Source: a virus
Length of the DNA: 64,000 bases
IMG/VR virus record: IMGVR_UViG_3300042516_001671
Span: 1 to 64,000 of that record
Direction: 5' to 3' (one strand)
The translations under genes and the position numbers were made by a program. The notes below the pieces were generated by a model. It saw only the letters and a list, made by a program, of their open reading frames with translations. It was not told the origin of the DNA and did no database searches. Shown here in pieces: positions 17,253 to 26,087 of this stretch (the first letter of the stretch is position 1; the number at the start of each line of letters is the position of its first letter).

Positions 17253-17825
17253 ATGTCCTATCAGACCCGCGAGGAGTGGCTCACTGCCGCCCTCGGCATC
17301 ATCCGGGACCGCGTGCCCGGCGTCGCGTCACGCGTGCGTGTCGCGTGCGGCTTCCCCTCGACCTACACCCGGTCCGGCACTCTGTCGGAGTGCTGGCCCG
17401 ACCAAGCATCCCGGGACGGCACCTGGGAAGTTCTCATCTCCCCGACCGTCGCCCTCCCCACTGAAGTGTTCGCCCTGCTCCTGGGCAGCGTGCTGCATAC
17501 CCTCCCGGGCGCTGCCTCGAAGACGTCCAACACCTACCGGGCGGCCTGCTTGGATGCTGGTCTGGCCCCCGCCGACGACGCGTGGAAGTCCCTGACCGGC
17601 ACCGAGTACTTGTGGGAGGCATGCGGGGCAGACCTTGAGGCCATCGGGCCTTACCCCCATGCCGAGATCCAGGCCGGGACCAAGAAGGTCCAGACAACCC
17701 GCATGCTCAAGCTCACCTGCCCTCAGTGCGGCTACATCGTCCGCACCAGCGCCCGCTGGCTCGCCACCGGCGTTCCGACCTGCCACGACGGCGCCCAGTT
17801 CAATGTTGAGGAGTCCGCAGAATGA
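17253..17825 (+). CDS. SprT-like protein with C-terminal Zn ribbon; HExxH degenerate
   Basis: TREEWL...VRV.CGFP...ECW....S.DGT.E..ISP...GPYPHA...TRMLK..CPQCGYIVR...W...G.P.C; expected HExxH reads GSVLH. Confidence 0.75.
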   Translation: MSYQTREEWLTAALGIIRDRVPGVASRVRVACGFPSTYTRSGTLSECWPDQASRDGTWEVLISPTVALPTEVFALLLGSVLHTLPGAASKTSNTYRAACLDAGLAPADDAWKSLTGTEYLWEACGADLEAIGPYPHAEIQAGTKKVQTTRMLKLTCPQCGYIVRTSARWLATGVPTCHDGAQFNVEESAE

Positions 17826-19339
17826 ATTCAATCCAGGCCCAGGCCGCGCTGGCCTCCATCCCCATGCCTGCTCTGCTCGCTGCCTATCGGGCCCTGACGG
17901 GCGATATGGCATCGACCGTGTCCCGGTCCAAGGTCATCCAGTCCCTGGCATCACTGGTCGGCAAGGGTCAACTGACCGTTGACGACATCCGCAACAACGG
18001 TGCCCAGGCTGGCCGCGCCACGTTGGGTCGCGCCACGCCCGCATTCACCCCCCCAGCAGCCCCCGCCCTCGATGCCCGCGTCATGCAGCATGTAGCCGAC
18101 GCGAAGGACGCAGCCGAGGCAGTCCGCCAGCAGGAGGAGGCATCCGCCCGAGCCCTGGCTGCCCGCATCGACGGGGTCGCTCGGGACATTGGATCCCTGG
18201 CCTCGACTGTGTCCGCCCGGGTGACGTCCATCGACGGCACCATCGCAGACCTGGGCACCAAGATCGGCGCCCTGGCGACCGACCTGCGCAGGGTTGCGCG
18301 GTCCGATGCTGACCAGATCCAGACCCAGGTGGCCGAGGCAGTGTCTGCCGCACTGCGTCCGATCCTGGCGGTGATCGAGGAGCGCCCCGAGCTTGTCCCC
18401 CAGGTCGCCCAGGCTGCAGCAACTCCGGTCCTGGCCGACTGCGATGAGGTCTTCGGCCTCGATGTCCGCGACCCCCGGGGCGAGCCGCTGCGGTTCTCTG
18501 TCTACGCGCACCCCGAGGCGCCCGCGATTGACGGTCACCATCTCTGGACCGAACGCATGGTGCGCTACCTCGCCCTCGCCCAGGCTACCGGGCGAAATGT
18601 CTGGCTAGGTGGTCCCGCTGGCACGGGCAAGACACAGACCGTCGCGCAGTTCGCCGCCCGCACCGGACGCATGTTCCGGCGCTTTGTCTTCGACCGGCTG
18701 GCGACCCGCGAGGACTACCTCGGCGCCATCGGCCTGCAGCAGGGCTCGACCGTGTTTCAACAGGGTCCGGTGTTGGACGTTTACACCACGCCCGGTGCGG
18801 TCTGCCTGCTCGATGAGGTCGGCATGGGCAATGCGAGCGCCCTGTCCAGCCTCAATGGCTGGCTCGAACCCGGCGCCCGCATGGCTTATGCCGACAAGGT
18901 CTGGCACCGCGCCGCAGGGTCGATGTTCTTCGCGTGCGACAACTCGCTCACCCAGGGTGACCAGTCTGGTAGGTATGCCGGGGTTGGACAGATGAACGTG
19001 GCCTTCGCTGACCGGTTCAGCTTTGTCGTGCCGATGACATACCTCGACCCCGACCAGGAGGCCGACGCTATCGCCCGGCACACTGGCTGCTCGGTCGCCC
19101 TGGCGCGGCACGTAGTCGATGCCCTGGCCGTTTGCCGCTCGAAGGTTGACAAGGGCGAGATCATCGACGCCCCGTCGATCAGACAGGCTATCGCCTTCGT
19201 CGAGGCGTGCCGGTTCCTGCCCGTCGCTGAGGCGTGGCAACTGGCGATCCTGGCCCGCCAGCCCGCCGAGTCCTCGGTCGCGCTGGCTGCGGTCTACGCA
19301 TCCACCATCAGCGAATACCTGATCATGCAGGAGGTCTGA
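17822..19339 (+). CDS. MoxR/CobS-type AAA+ ATPase
   Basis: GPAGTGKT Walker A, CLLDE Walker B, N sensor, DRF, SIRQ; N-terminal coiled coil. Confidence 0.9.
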   Translation: MNSIQAQAALASIPMPALLAAYRALTGDMASTVSRSKVIQSLASLVGKGQLTVDDIRNNGAQAGRATLGRATPAFTPPAAPALDARVMQHVADAKDAAEAVRQQEEASARALAARIDGVARDIGSLASTVSARVTSIDGTIADLGTKIGALATDLRRVARSDADQIQTQVAEAVSAALRPILAVIEERPELVPQVAQAAATPVLADCDEVFGLDVRDPRGEPLRFSVYAHPEAPAIDGHHLWTERMVRYLALAQATGRNVWLGGPAGTGKTQTVAQFAARTGRMFRRFVFDRLATREDYLGAIGLQQGSTVFQQGPVLDVYTTPGAVCLLDEVGMGNASALSSLNGWLEPGARMAYADKVWHRAAGSMFFACDNSLTQGDQSGRYAGVGQMNVAFADRFSFVVPMTYLDPDQEADAIARHTGCSVALARHVVDALAVCRSKVDKGEIIDAPSIRQAIAFVEACRFLPVAEAWQLAILARQPAESSVALAAVYASTISEYLIMQEV

Positions 19340-19340
19340 C

Positions 19341-21089
19341 ATGTCCGCCCTCGCCACCCTCGCCCCCATCATGGCCCGCCCCTGGGTCCACGGTCACGCC
19401 TTCCGGCGTGGCATCGAGACGTTCGCTCACCACGCTTGCGCAGCCCTGGGCCTCGCCCCGGTGGAGGTCGCGTGGACCAACTACATCATGACCGCAGCTA
19501 TCAACGCGCACGGCACGATGCTCCTGCCCGACTGCGCCGACGACGAACGCAAGACGCGTGGTGACGTTGCCCGCATCGCTGGGTACGTGACGCACGAACT
19601 CCTGCACCGCAAGTACACCGACTTCACCGCCCGCGACAAGCGCCCCTATGTCGCCGCCCTGCACAACGCAATCGAGGATGCATGGATCGAGCGCCGCGCC
19701 GCCCGCGAAGGCCTGCTCGGCAATATCCGGCCCCTGCTCGGGGCCATGATCGAGGACATGGTGACCGAGTCCCTGGCCGCTAACCCCGACTGGACCGACC
19801 CAGCACAGTACCCATGGTCCCTGGCAGTCCTGGCTCGGGGCTATGGGGTGACCGTCCCGATCCCCGGCACCCTCCTGCCCGCCTTCCGGTCGGTCGCTGA
19901 CGGGGTCGATGGATGCAGCACCTCTCACGACACCCTCGCCCTGGCGCAATGGCTCTTCGACCAACTGCAGCAAGACCCGCAGGACCAGGACCAGCAGCAG
20001 GACCAGGATCAGCAGCAGGATCAGCAGCAGGACTCGCAAGGCCAGGACGGAGAGGGCCAGGACGATGCCGCCCAGGACGGGCAGCAGGATGGCCCGCAGG
20101 GCGCCCAGGACGGAGAGGGCCAGGACGGGCAGCAGGATGCCCAGGACGGAGAGGGCCAGGACGGGCAGCAGGACGGGCAGCAGCAGGGCCAGGAAGGCCA
20201 GCAGCAGGGCCAGCAGCAGGGCGATGCCCCCGCCGACGCAGGCCCCGCGCAGCGCCCCGGCCCCCATACGACGCCCCGCGAGACTGAGCCGCACCCGGGG
20301 CACGGGACCGGGCCCGCATCCGGCGGCAGCTACCAGCGCAAACCGGCGCCCCCCGGGAAGCTGGGCTCCTATGCATCAGTGTCCTGGGCCGCGAACCTCG
20401 CAGTCCCCGCCCGCCTGCGCTATGAGGTCCGCAGGCTCTTCGAGAACTCAGCCCGTGAGTGGAGAGACGGTGGCTTTAGGTCCGGCACCCTGCACCGCGC
20501 CGCCCTGCACAAGGTGCCGCTGGACCGACCCGAGGTCTTCGCCCGACGGTTCAGTGAGGAGGGGATCGATTCCGCCGTGGTGATCCTGCTCGACATCTCC
20601 GGGTCGATGAACCCCGAATTCTTCCAGCCGCCCTACATCGAGCAATCAAAGATTGCGACTGCGGTGTCCTCCTGCATCATGCTCATGGACTGCCTCGCCC
20701 AGGCGGGGGCTCAATCGATGGTCATCGCGTTCGGCATGAACACGCACGTGATCAAGGGCTGGAATCAGAACTGGCGTACCGTGGTGCCTACCCTGCAGCA
20801 GATCGGGACCGAGGGCGACACGAACGACTTCCATGCTCTGCGCCTCGCGCATGAGCATCTACTGCAGCACCCCGCACAACGTCGCGTGGTGTTCGCCCTG
20901 ACCGATGGCGAGGGAAACAAGGACGACACCCGGGCGCAGCGGGCCAGCGGGGAGGCACTGGGAATCCAGCACTGGTGCCTGGGCATCCAGCACGACGCCC
21001 GCCATACCTGGGGCCCGAACACCATCCGCGTGGACCGCGTCGCAGACCTGGGCCGGGTGGCCTTTCAACAGATCAAGCAAGCCGCTTGA
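19341..21089 (+). CDS. CobT-like vWA protein (HExxH N-domain, Q/D linker, MIDAS)
   Basis: THELLH, NAIED.WIE, LDISGSM, TDGE. Confidence 0.88.
   Translation: MSALATLAPIMARPWVHGHAFRRGIETFAHHACAALGLAPVEVAWTNYIMTAAINAHGTMLLPDCADDERKTRGDVARIAGYVTHELLHRKYTDFTARDKRPYVAALHNAIEDAWIERRAAREGLLGNIRPLLGAMIEDMVTESLAANPDWTDPAQYPWSLAVLARGYGVTVPIPGTLLPAFRSVADGVDGCSTSHDTLALAQWLFDQLQQDPQDQDQQQDQDQQQDQQQDSQGQDGEGQDDAAQDGQQDGPQGAQDGEGQDGQQDAQDGEGQDGQQDGQQQGQEGQQQGQQQGDAPADAGPAQRPGPHTTPRETEPHPGHGTGPASGGSYQRKPAPPGKLGSYASVSWAANLAVPARLRYEVRRLFENSAREWRDGGFRSGTLHRAALHKVPLDRPEVFARRFSEEGIDSAVVILLDISGSMNPEFFQPPYIEQSKIATAVSSCIMLMDCLAQAGAQSMVIAFGMNTHVIKGWNQNWRTVVPTLQQIGTEGDTNDFHALRLAHEHLLQHPAQRRVVFALTDGEGNKDDTRAQRASGEALGIQHWCLGIQHDARHTWGPNTIRVDRVADLGRVAFQQIKQAA
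19968..20222 (+). repeat. Q/D/G-rich tandem repeats (CAGGAC/CAGCAG; GCCCAGGACGGAGAGGGCCAGGACGGGCAGCAGGA units)
   Basis: Visible nested tandem duplications encoding QDQQQD and [12 protein letters not shown]. Confidence 0.9.
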
Positions 21090-21132
21090 AACCAGTAGCC
21101 CCCCACTGGGGGAATCAACAGGAGGTGTAAAC

Positions 21133-21426
21133 ATGTTCGCAGAACTCTTCCAGAACGAGGCCCAGGCCCGCGCCCGCCTCGACGCCTGGGCAGCAGGCAT
21201 CCGGGACGATTGGTCCGTCGGGCCCGTCGTCGAGGCCCGCAGGGGCCCGGACAGCCCCGCGCCACACTGGAGCGCCGACAGCGTGGCGCCCGTGCAGCGC
21301 CCCCAGGTGACCGGCCCGCTGCGCGTCCTGCGCCGAGAGGCCCGGGGACTGTGGGCCGGCGCCGGGGCATGGGGCACGAGCCGCGCCGCCATCGAGGTCG
21401 CCTTCCCCGTGGAGGCGCAGCAATGA
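21133..21426 (+). CDS. Hypothetical early protein
   Basis: ACAGGAGG RBS + ATG; ATGA coupling to next gene. Confidence 0.65.
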   Translation: MFAELFQNEAQARARLDAWAAGIRDDWSVGPVVEARRGPDSPAPHWSADSVAPVQRPQVTGPLRVLRREARGLWAGAGAWGTSRAAIEVAFPVEAQQ

Positions 21427-21746
21427 TTGACTCAATCATCAGAGCCCTGGACGCTGGCAGGGACTGCGCGATAGCCGCAGGAGAGGCGGACTATCAATCC
21501 GCCCAGCAACTCGAACGCCAGGGTATGCAGGGATCAGCCGCCCGGGCGCACGACAGCTACAAGCGGCGCATGGCCGCGCTGCACGTAATCGAAGCGGCAC
21601 GGGCGCGGGCGCGACTGCTCCCGGAACTAGTGGAAGCCCTTCGCTGGGCACTGTCCCAGGTGGAGGATGACATGGACCCGGACCACCGGGCCGCGCTCAC
21701 CGCCGCCCGCAAGGTGCTGGCCCTGGCCGAGGAGGGGCAGCCGTGA
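21423..21746 (+). CDS. Hypothetical early protein
   Basis: Coupled ORF ending PELVEAL...AARK.LA.AE.G. Confidence 0.6.
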   Translation: MIDSIIRALDAGRDCAIAAGEADYQSAQQLERQGMQGSAARAHDSYKRRMAALHVIEAARARARLLPELVEALRWALSQVEDDMDPDHRAALTAARKVLALAEEGQP

Positions 21747-21934
21747 GCAAATACGACGAAGAGGAGTCCCCCCTCGACGGACGCACGTTTACATGTAAAC
21801 GATGCGGGGAGCAATGCCAAGCCCGCTTTGTCGACAACGGAATCGGGCCCTACGAATACTGGGGCGCCGCCGGGCGCCATTCTCAGATCGACATCGAATC
21901 TATCTGCTGCGGCAGTTCCGTGGAGGAACAATGA
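21743..21934 (+). CDS. Small Zn-binding protein
   Basis: CxxC...DNGIGPYEYWG...S.CC motif; GAGGAG RBS. Confidence 0.7.
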   Translation: MSKYDEEESPLDGRTFTCKRCGEQCQARFVDNGIGPYEYWGAAGRHSQIDIESICCGSSVEEQ

Positions 21935-22302
21935 ACACTCACAAACTCGCTATCGGAATCATCCGAGAGGTTTCCCTCGGGAAACGGGAAGCATGGGACG
22001 TTCTTTGCCTTGTGGCAGAGCATGAGCCCGATGCACTGTGCCGGTCGCTGGGGATCTCCATCCCTTCGGGGTTTGCTCGGGCAGGAGCCACGGCCCCGGG
22101 GTGGGTCGAGGAGGCTCGACAGTTTTTGGCGGCAGGCAATATGGTCGCGGCTATCAAGCATGTCCGCACCCACCGTGGTTTTGGCTTGAAGGGAGCCAAG
22201 GACGTTGTCGATTACTCCAAGCAATTCACCAACGACGAGCAGTGCCGCGAGGCTTTGGCGACATGGGTTCCCCCTCCGGCTAACTCATCAATTCCGTTCT
22301 GA
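21931..22302 (+). CDS. Protein with ribosomal bL12 (L7/L12) C-terminal-domain-like motif
   Basis: VAAIKHVRTHRGFGLKGAKDVVD vs bL12 I.VIK.VR..TGLGLKEAKD.V. Confidence 0.7.
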   Translation: MNTHKLAIGIIREVSLGKREAWDVLCLVAEHEPDALCRSLGISIPSGFARAGATAPGWVEEARQFLAAGNMVAAIKHVRTHRGFGLKGAKDVVDYSKQFTNDEQCREALATWVPPPANSSIPF

Positions 22303-22304
22303 AC

Positions 22305-22370
22305 ATGGAAAGATATATTCTTCCCGTTTACATCTTGATCATCCTCCTTCTGCTGACGGGGGTTATATGA
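22305..22370 (+). CDS. 21-aa single-TM micropeptide
   Basis: MERYILPVYILIILLLLTGVI; fills the gap exactly; ATGA overlap with next gene. Confidence 0.5.
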   Translation: MERYILPVYILIILLLLTGVI

Positions 22371-22603
22371 TCAAGACCATCACCCACCATGCCCCACAGT
22401 TCCTCAAAGATACATGGAGGCAACATGAGGTTTCTCTGGTTCTGGTGCCGACGATTGACCATGTGCTGGCCGGCGAACTGTTCATTCAGTGGCAGGGCAA
22501 GGCATACGGTCTGTATAGACTGACCCAAGACCGGGCGCCTCGGTTCATCGGTCTTTACAGGGACATCATGGGCGCCCTGTTCAAAGCAGAGCAGCTGGAC
22601 TGA
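22367..22603 (+). CDS. Hypothetical protein
   Basis: 78-aa ORF ending before terminator. Confidence 0.55.
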   Translation: MIKTITHHAPQFLKDTWRQHEVSLVLVPTIDHVLAGELFIQWQGKAYGLYRLTQDRAPRFIGLYRDIMGALFKAEQLD

Positions 22604-22621
22604 AATCGACCATTTCAATCC

Positions 22622-22657
22622 GACAAAAAACGGGGCCTCGGCCCCGTTGTCTTTTGT
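22622..22657. terminator. Bidirectional intrinsic terminator between convergent blocks
   Basis: AAAAAACGGGGC-CTCG-GCCCCGTTGTCTTTT. Confidence 0.85.
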
Positions 22658-24348
22658 CAGAACGCGTCTAGGTTCTCGGTGTACGTCCCTGCCGTACGGT
22701 TGAAGAGGAGGGTCGTTTCTCCCTGTGTCCCGACCCACCGATACCGGCATTTCCAAACAGCTATCTCGACGTATTTGTCCTGCCGGTGGACCGTCAAGCC
22801 GCAGTCTGCCTTGGCCCACCATGCCATTGACCCGCTGATGCTCATGCCATCTGGCCGGGGTTGATCTGTCCCTGACCGCGTCATCTTCGATGGGTGAGCG
22901 ACAAACCATGTGTGAACGTCCTGCGCCTTGCAAAACCTTTGGACCCTGGTCAGCATCTGACTGATAGCGTCAGTTTCTGTCGTGTCCTTACGGTCCAGGT
23001 CAATGTAGTTGTACGGGTCTATGACCATTCCCCGCACACCCATGCGCTTGACTGCTGCCCGGGCTCTGGTCAGGATGCTATCCAGAGTGTTGGGCTCTTC
23101 CCCCGCTGAGTCGATGAAGAGGAAGTGTTCCTTGACCCATGTAAACGCATCCTCCTTCTCCTTCTCAGTCATCCGATCCCGACCCTCGAAGAATCTCTTC
23201 CTCGTATAGATCTCCATCAGGCGACTGATATGGATCTCCGGGCTGTTCTCAAACGACGCAACAGCGAACTTCCAATCACTGTCCCTTGCGAGGTTGACCA
23301 TCAACTGATCAACGAAATTGGACTTGCCAGAAGATGGGTAGCCGGTGACCACGGTCAACTGCCCCGGCGCTACCGTGTAAATGGTGTCTAGAGACGAGTA
23401 CCCGGTTGTGAACCCCGACCCCTGACCCTTGGTGTATAGGTCGTTTACACGTTCCTCGAAGGTGCCGGCATCCGACAGGCCAGCGATGGGGTACGGCTCC
23501 GCAGCCTGGACGATCCGCTGCACCTCCTCCTTCCCATTCCGAGATGGGTCATTGAGGATCTCGTTGAAGTCCTTTGCATCGAACTTCGCAAGCCGGCACT
23601 TGTCCTTGCCGATCCTTCGCGCAAGCTCTTCAGCCAACGCTTGACCCGGAGGATCCTGATCCGTTGCCAAGACGACGTAAGGAACAGCATCCAGAAGTTC
23701 GCGTGCGTTCCATACAAATGCGAACTTTTTGTCCTCGGAAGGCATGACCTTCCCGTCCGCAACCTTCAAAGGCGCACCTCCCGGGACGCTGACGACGTTC
23801 TCTATCCCCGCTTCTTTTGCAGAGAGAACATCAATCTCTCCCTCAACGATAACCAGAGGCTTTGTCTTGTCTGTCCACTGCATTCCGAAGAAGTCATGTG
23901 CCCCTCCTGAATCTTGTGTAAATGCCTTGTCTGGTACGGCACGGTACTTCGCCGCGACTATCGTGCCATCTCTGAAGTATGGAAAGCCGATGGCATCTTC
24001 TTCCCTGTCCAGTTTGTTGAAGTACTTCCGAGAGGAGAACAGCTTGGCCTCGTCTGCCGTGAGCCTTGATATGCCTCTTCCTTCAAGCCACTGGTAATGC
24101 TGTTCTGTAAGCGTTGTGTCCTCGATCTTGGGGACTGCTTGCACGTATCTCTCCTTCCTGTGTTCTCTGTTATCCCTCGAAGGGATGATTCCGTTTACAC
24201 CGCAGTGATGGCAAAAGTAGAGCACTGACCCGTCTTCTTTACGGGTCAGGGTCATGTCTTTGCTTCTTGTCTTTTTCCTGTCCCCGGTGCATTCGGGACA
24301 GACTACGCGGGCGTTGTCTTGAAAATGAATCCCATCAAGGGCTATCAC
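22657..24348 (-). CDS. T7 gp4/Twinkle-like primase-helicase
   Basis: CPEC...CHHC Zn domain, VEGEID and ATDQD Toprim motifs, TGYPSSGKS Walker A, IDPYN, VAHP, ISGS. Confidence 0.93.
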   Translation of the reverse strand: MIALDGIHFQDNARVVCPECTGDRKKTRSKDMTLTRKEDGSVLYFCHHCGVNGIIPSRDNREHRKERYVQAVPKIEDTTLTEQHYQWLEGRGISRLTADEAKLFSSRKYFNKLDREEDAIGFPYFRDGTIVAAKYRAVPDKAFTQDSGGAHDFFGMQWTDKTKPLVIVEGEIDVLSAKEAGIENVVSVPGGAPLKVADGKVMPSEDKKFAFVWNARELLDAVPYVVLATDQDPPGQALAEELARRIGKDKCRLAKFDAKDFNEILNDPSRNGKEEVQRIVQAAEPYPIAGLSDAGTFEERVNDLYTKGQGSGFTTGYSSLDTIYTVAPGQLTVVTGYPSSGKSNFVDQLMVNLARDSDWKFAVASFENSPEIHISRLMEIYTRKRFFEGRDRMTEKEKEDAFTWVKEHFLFIDSAGEEPNTLDSILTRARAAVKRMGVRGMVIDPYNYIDLDRKDTTETDAISQMLTRVQRFCKAQDVHTWFVAHPSKMTRSGTDQPRPDGMSISGSMAWWAKADCGLTVHRQDKYVEIAVWKCRYRWVGTQGETTLLFNRTAGTYTENLDAF

Positions 24349-24590
24349 TTCATTGACCCGTCCTTCCTCCTTGGGAAGCTACGGTTCTTGGACGGAGTCT
24401 GCAGCTTGTACCCGTCCTTGTTTGAACCGCCCTTGGACAGCGCAACGGTGTGAGCTACGTCTTGCCCTTGCCTGTTCACTTCCTTCGCGTCCAGAGCCCT
24501 TCTGGCCCTTTGGCGCTCCATCCGAGAGGGGTGTTCGTCCCTCTGCTTCTGGGTCTTGTACTCCTGCTTGTAGTCTCTTTTGGTCATCAT
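24345..24590 (-). CDS. Small HNH-like protein
   Basis: RDYKQEY...R.RARR...G.DVAH..ALSKGGSN...SKNRS. Confidence 0.65.
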   Translation of the reverse strand: MMTKRDYKQEYKTQKQRDEHPSRMERQRARRALDAKEVNRQGQDVAHTVALSKGGSNKDGYKLQTPSKNRSFPRRKDGSMK

Positions 24591-24599
24591 TCTGCCCCT

Positions 24600-25061
24600 T
24601 TACAAGCTCTTGAGACGACGTACTGCCCTTGCTTGACAGGCGTACCCGCGCCAAATCCGGCGGGAACAAACGCTGTGGAGAACTCCGTCATTGAATATCA
24701 CGAAGTCCCCCTCTCGCATCGGGCGGAATTCTTTCCCAACCTGAAGAAAGAGGTCTTGAAACTTGGCAATTTCTACCAACCAAAACATTCCGGCATGCCG
24801 TATCGGCCTGAGTTTTCCTAGCCATTCATCTACGTGCGGCTCAACACATTTCATTCGGAGGGCTACGCCTGTTTGCCTGTCTAGCTCCCATGGAATTCTG
24901 CATGGGACTTCGCCAAAACTTTCTGGTACTACGGCTGTAAACGAGTCATCCGCATATTCCTTAAGCATTCTCTTTTGGAATGCCGAAGGTTTTTGGTTGC
25001 CATGGTAATAAATCACGGCAACCTCACTGCATGGTTTCAGGGGTACGGTGGCTATCTGCAT
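24600..25061 (-). CDS. 2OG-Fe(II) oxygenase/cupin-like protein
   Basis: PHVD (HxD) ... GDFVIFND..LHSV. Confidence 0.55.
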   Translation of the reverse strand: MQIATVPLKPCSEVAVIYYHGNQKPSAFQKRMLKEYADDSFTAVVPESFGEVPCRIPWELDRQTGVALRMKCVEPHVDEWLGKLRPIRHAGMFWLVEIAKFQDLFLQVGKEFRPMREGDFVIFNDGVLHSVCSRRIWRGYACQARAVRRLKSL

Positions 25062-25290
25062 TCAGGTCATCCCCAAGCATCTTGACGGCCTCCACCAAGG
25101 TGACCAAGACCCCGAGGGCCTCCATGTTGAAACTCGCCATGTTGATCTTTATGGCATCTTTCGTCTCATCCACGTAGATGACGATGGCCGCAACCCCTGA
25201 GCCATTCCTGATGCCACGGGTCAGTGCCTCGATTTCATCAAGGCCGGCGAGGATGGGCTTGTCTTCTTTCTGCACGGCTTCTCTATTCAC
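25024..25290 (-). CDS. Hypothetical protein
   Basis: 88-aa coupled ORF with GGAG RBS. Confidence 0.55.
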   Translation of the reverse strand: MNREAVQKEDKPILAGLDEIEALTRGIRNGSGVAAIVIYVDETKDAIKINMASFNMEALGVLVTLVEAVKMLGDDLNADSHRTPETMQ

Positions 25291-25598
25291 TTGGATCTCC
25301 AGACGGGCTGTGCCCGCGCATGACTCCTGACTGAACGGCTGCTTCTGTACTCGCCCGTCTTCTCAATGAGCTTGAGCTTGGACATATGTAAACAGACCGC
25401 TCCCCATGCGTTCGGAGAGGGGGGCTCAGGAAAGCCGTTACGCTCCGCCCGGATCCGCACCTCTTCAAACAGGGCACCTTTGTACCCTATGTCTTTGAGG
25501 TATGCAAGTGCTATCTTGACAGCATCGCTATGCCAATCACCGCCTGCGCTGTCCAAGGCTCTCTTGGCGCCGTCGTCACGAAGTTGCTGGCCGTCCAT
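25287..25598 (-). CDS. Winged-helix-like hypothetical protein
   Basis: G.QLRD.G...W...EEVR......P..PNAWGA...S...SHA....VWRS family; start re-called. Confidence 0.65.
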   Translation of the reverse strand: MDGQQLRDDGAKRALDSAGGDWHSDAVKIALAYLKDIGYKGALFEEVRIRAERNGFPEPPSPNAWGAVCLHMSKLKLIEKTGEYRSSRSVRSHARAQPVWRSK

Positions 25599-25937
25599 GC
25601 GTTCTCCCATAGGTCTGCCAAAGCCAGGGGTTGGGTGATCCCCCCTGTCTTGCTCTGCCCTCAAGGAAGGAATCCTGAGAACAGCTTGTCATCCTCCGTG
25701 ATGCCTGTCATCCTCTGTATCGGATGCTGACCGATTGAGAAGGTGGGTAAGTCCTTCCGGCTGGTCCCTGCCGCCCCGCACATCACCCTGTACGCATCAT
25801 TCGCTTCCTGTGCTGGAGGGCACATGAAGCCCGGTCCCCTGGATCACCGGCGTTGACAGGCCCGCCCACATGCTCTGAGCGGTGAGGTGTTTCCCGGGTG
25901 CGGTCCATGCAGACCCATTTGCTAACGCGCCCTGACG

Positions 25938-26030
25938 ACCATCTGCACTGAAAACCCCCGGCACCTGGGGTCAGAGGCTCAGTCTGATTGCCCAAGGGTG
26001 AGAGCCCCGGGGGTCATCAGTGAAGACGGC
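25938..26030 (-). ncRNA. Structured 5' leader / ncRNA of replication operon
   Basis: Starts at predicted +1; GCCGUCU/AGAUGGU, CACUGA/UCAGUG, CCCCCGG/CCGGGGG stems enclosing a GGCUC/GAGCC branch. Confidence 0.55.
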
Positions 26031-26036
26031 ATGAAC

Positions 26037-26087
26037 ATCCTAAGACAAGTTCAAAGGCTTTGCAAGGGTCAACCTCTGTGTTATCCT
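26037..26087. promoter_or_regulatory. Back-to-back sigma70 promoters sharing a palindromic -35 (TTGCAA 26060-26065)
   Basis: Minus: TTGCAA-17-TAGGAT; plus: TTGCAA-16-(TG)n-TATCCT. Confidence 0.7.

Noticed and set aside
17822-21089. Cobalamin biosynthesis (cobS/cobT) auxiliary metabolic genes
   Set aside because: No cobN or other cob genes; generic MoxR-vWA pair common in phages
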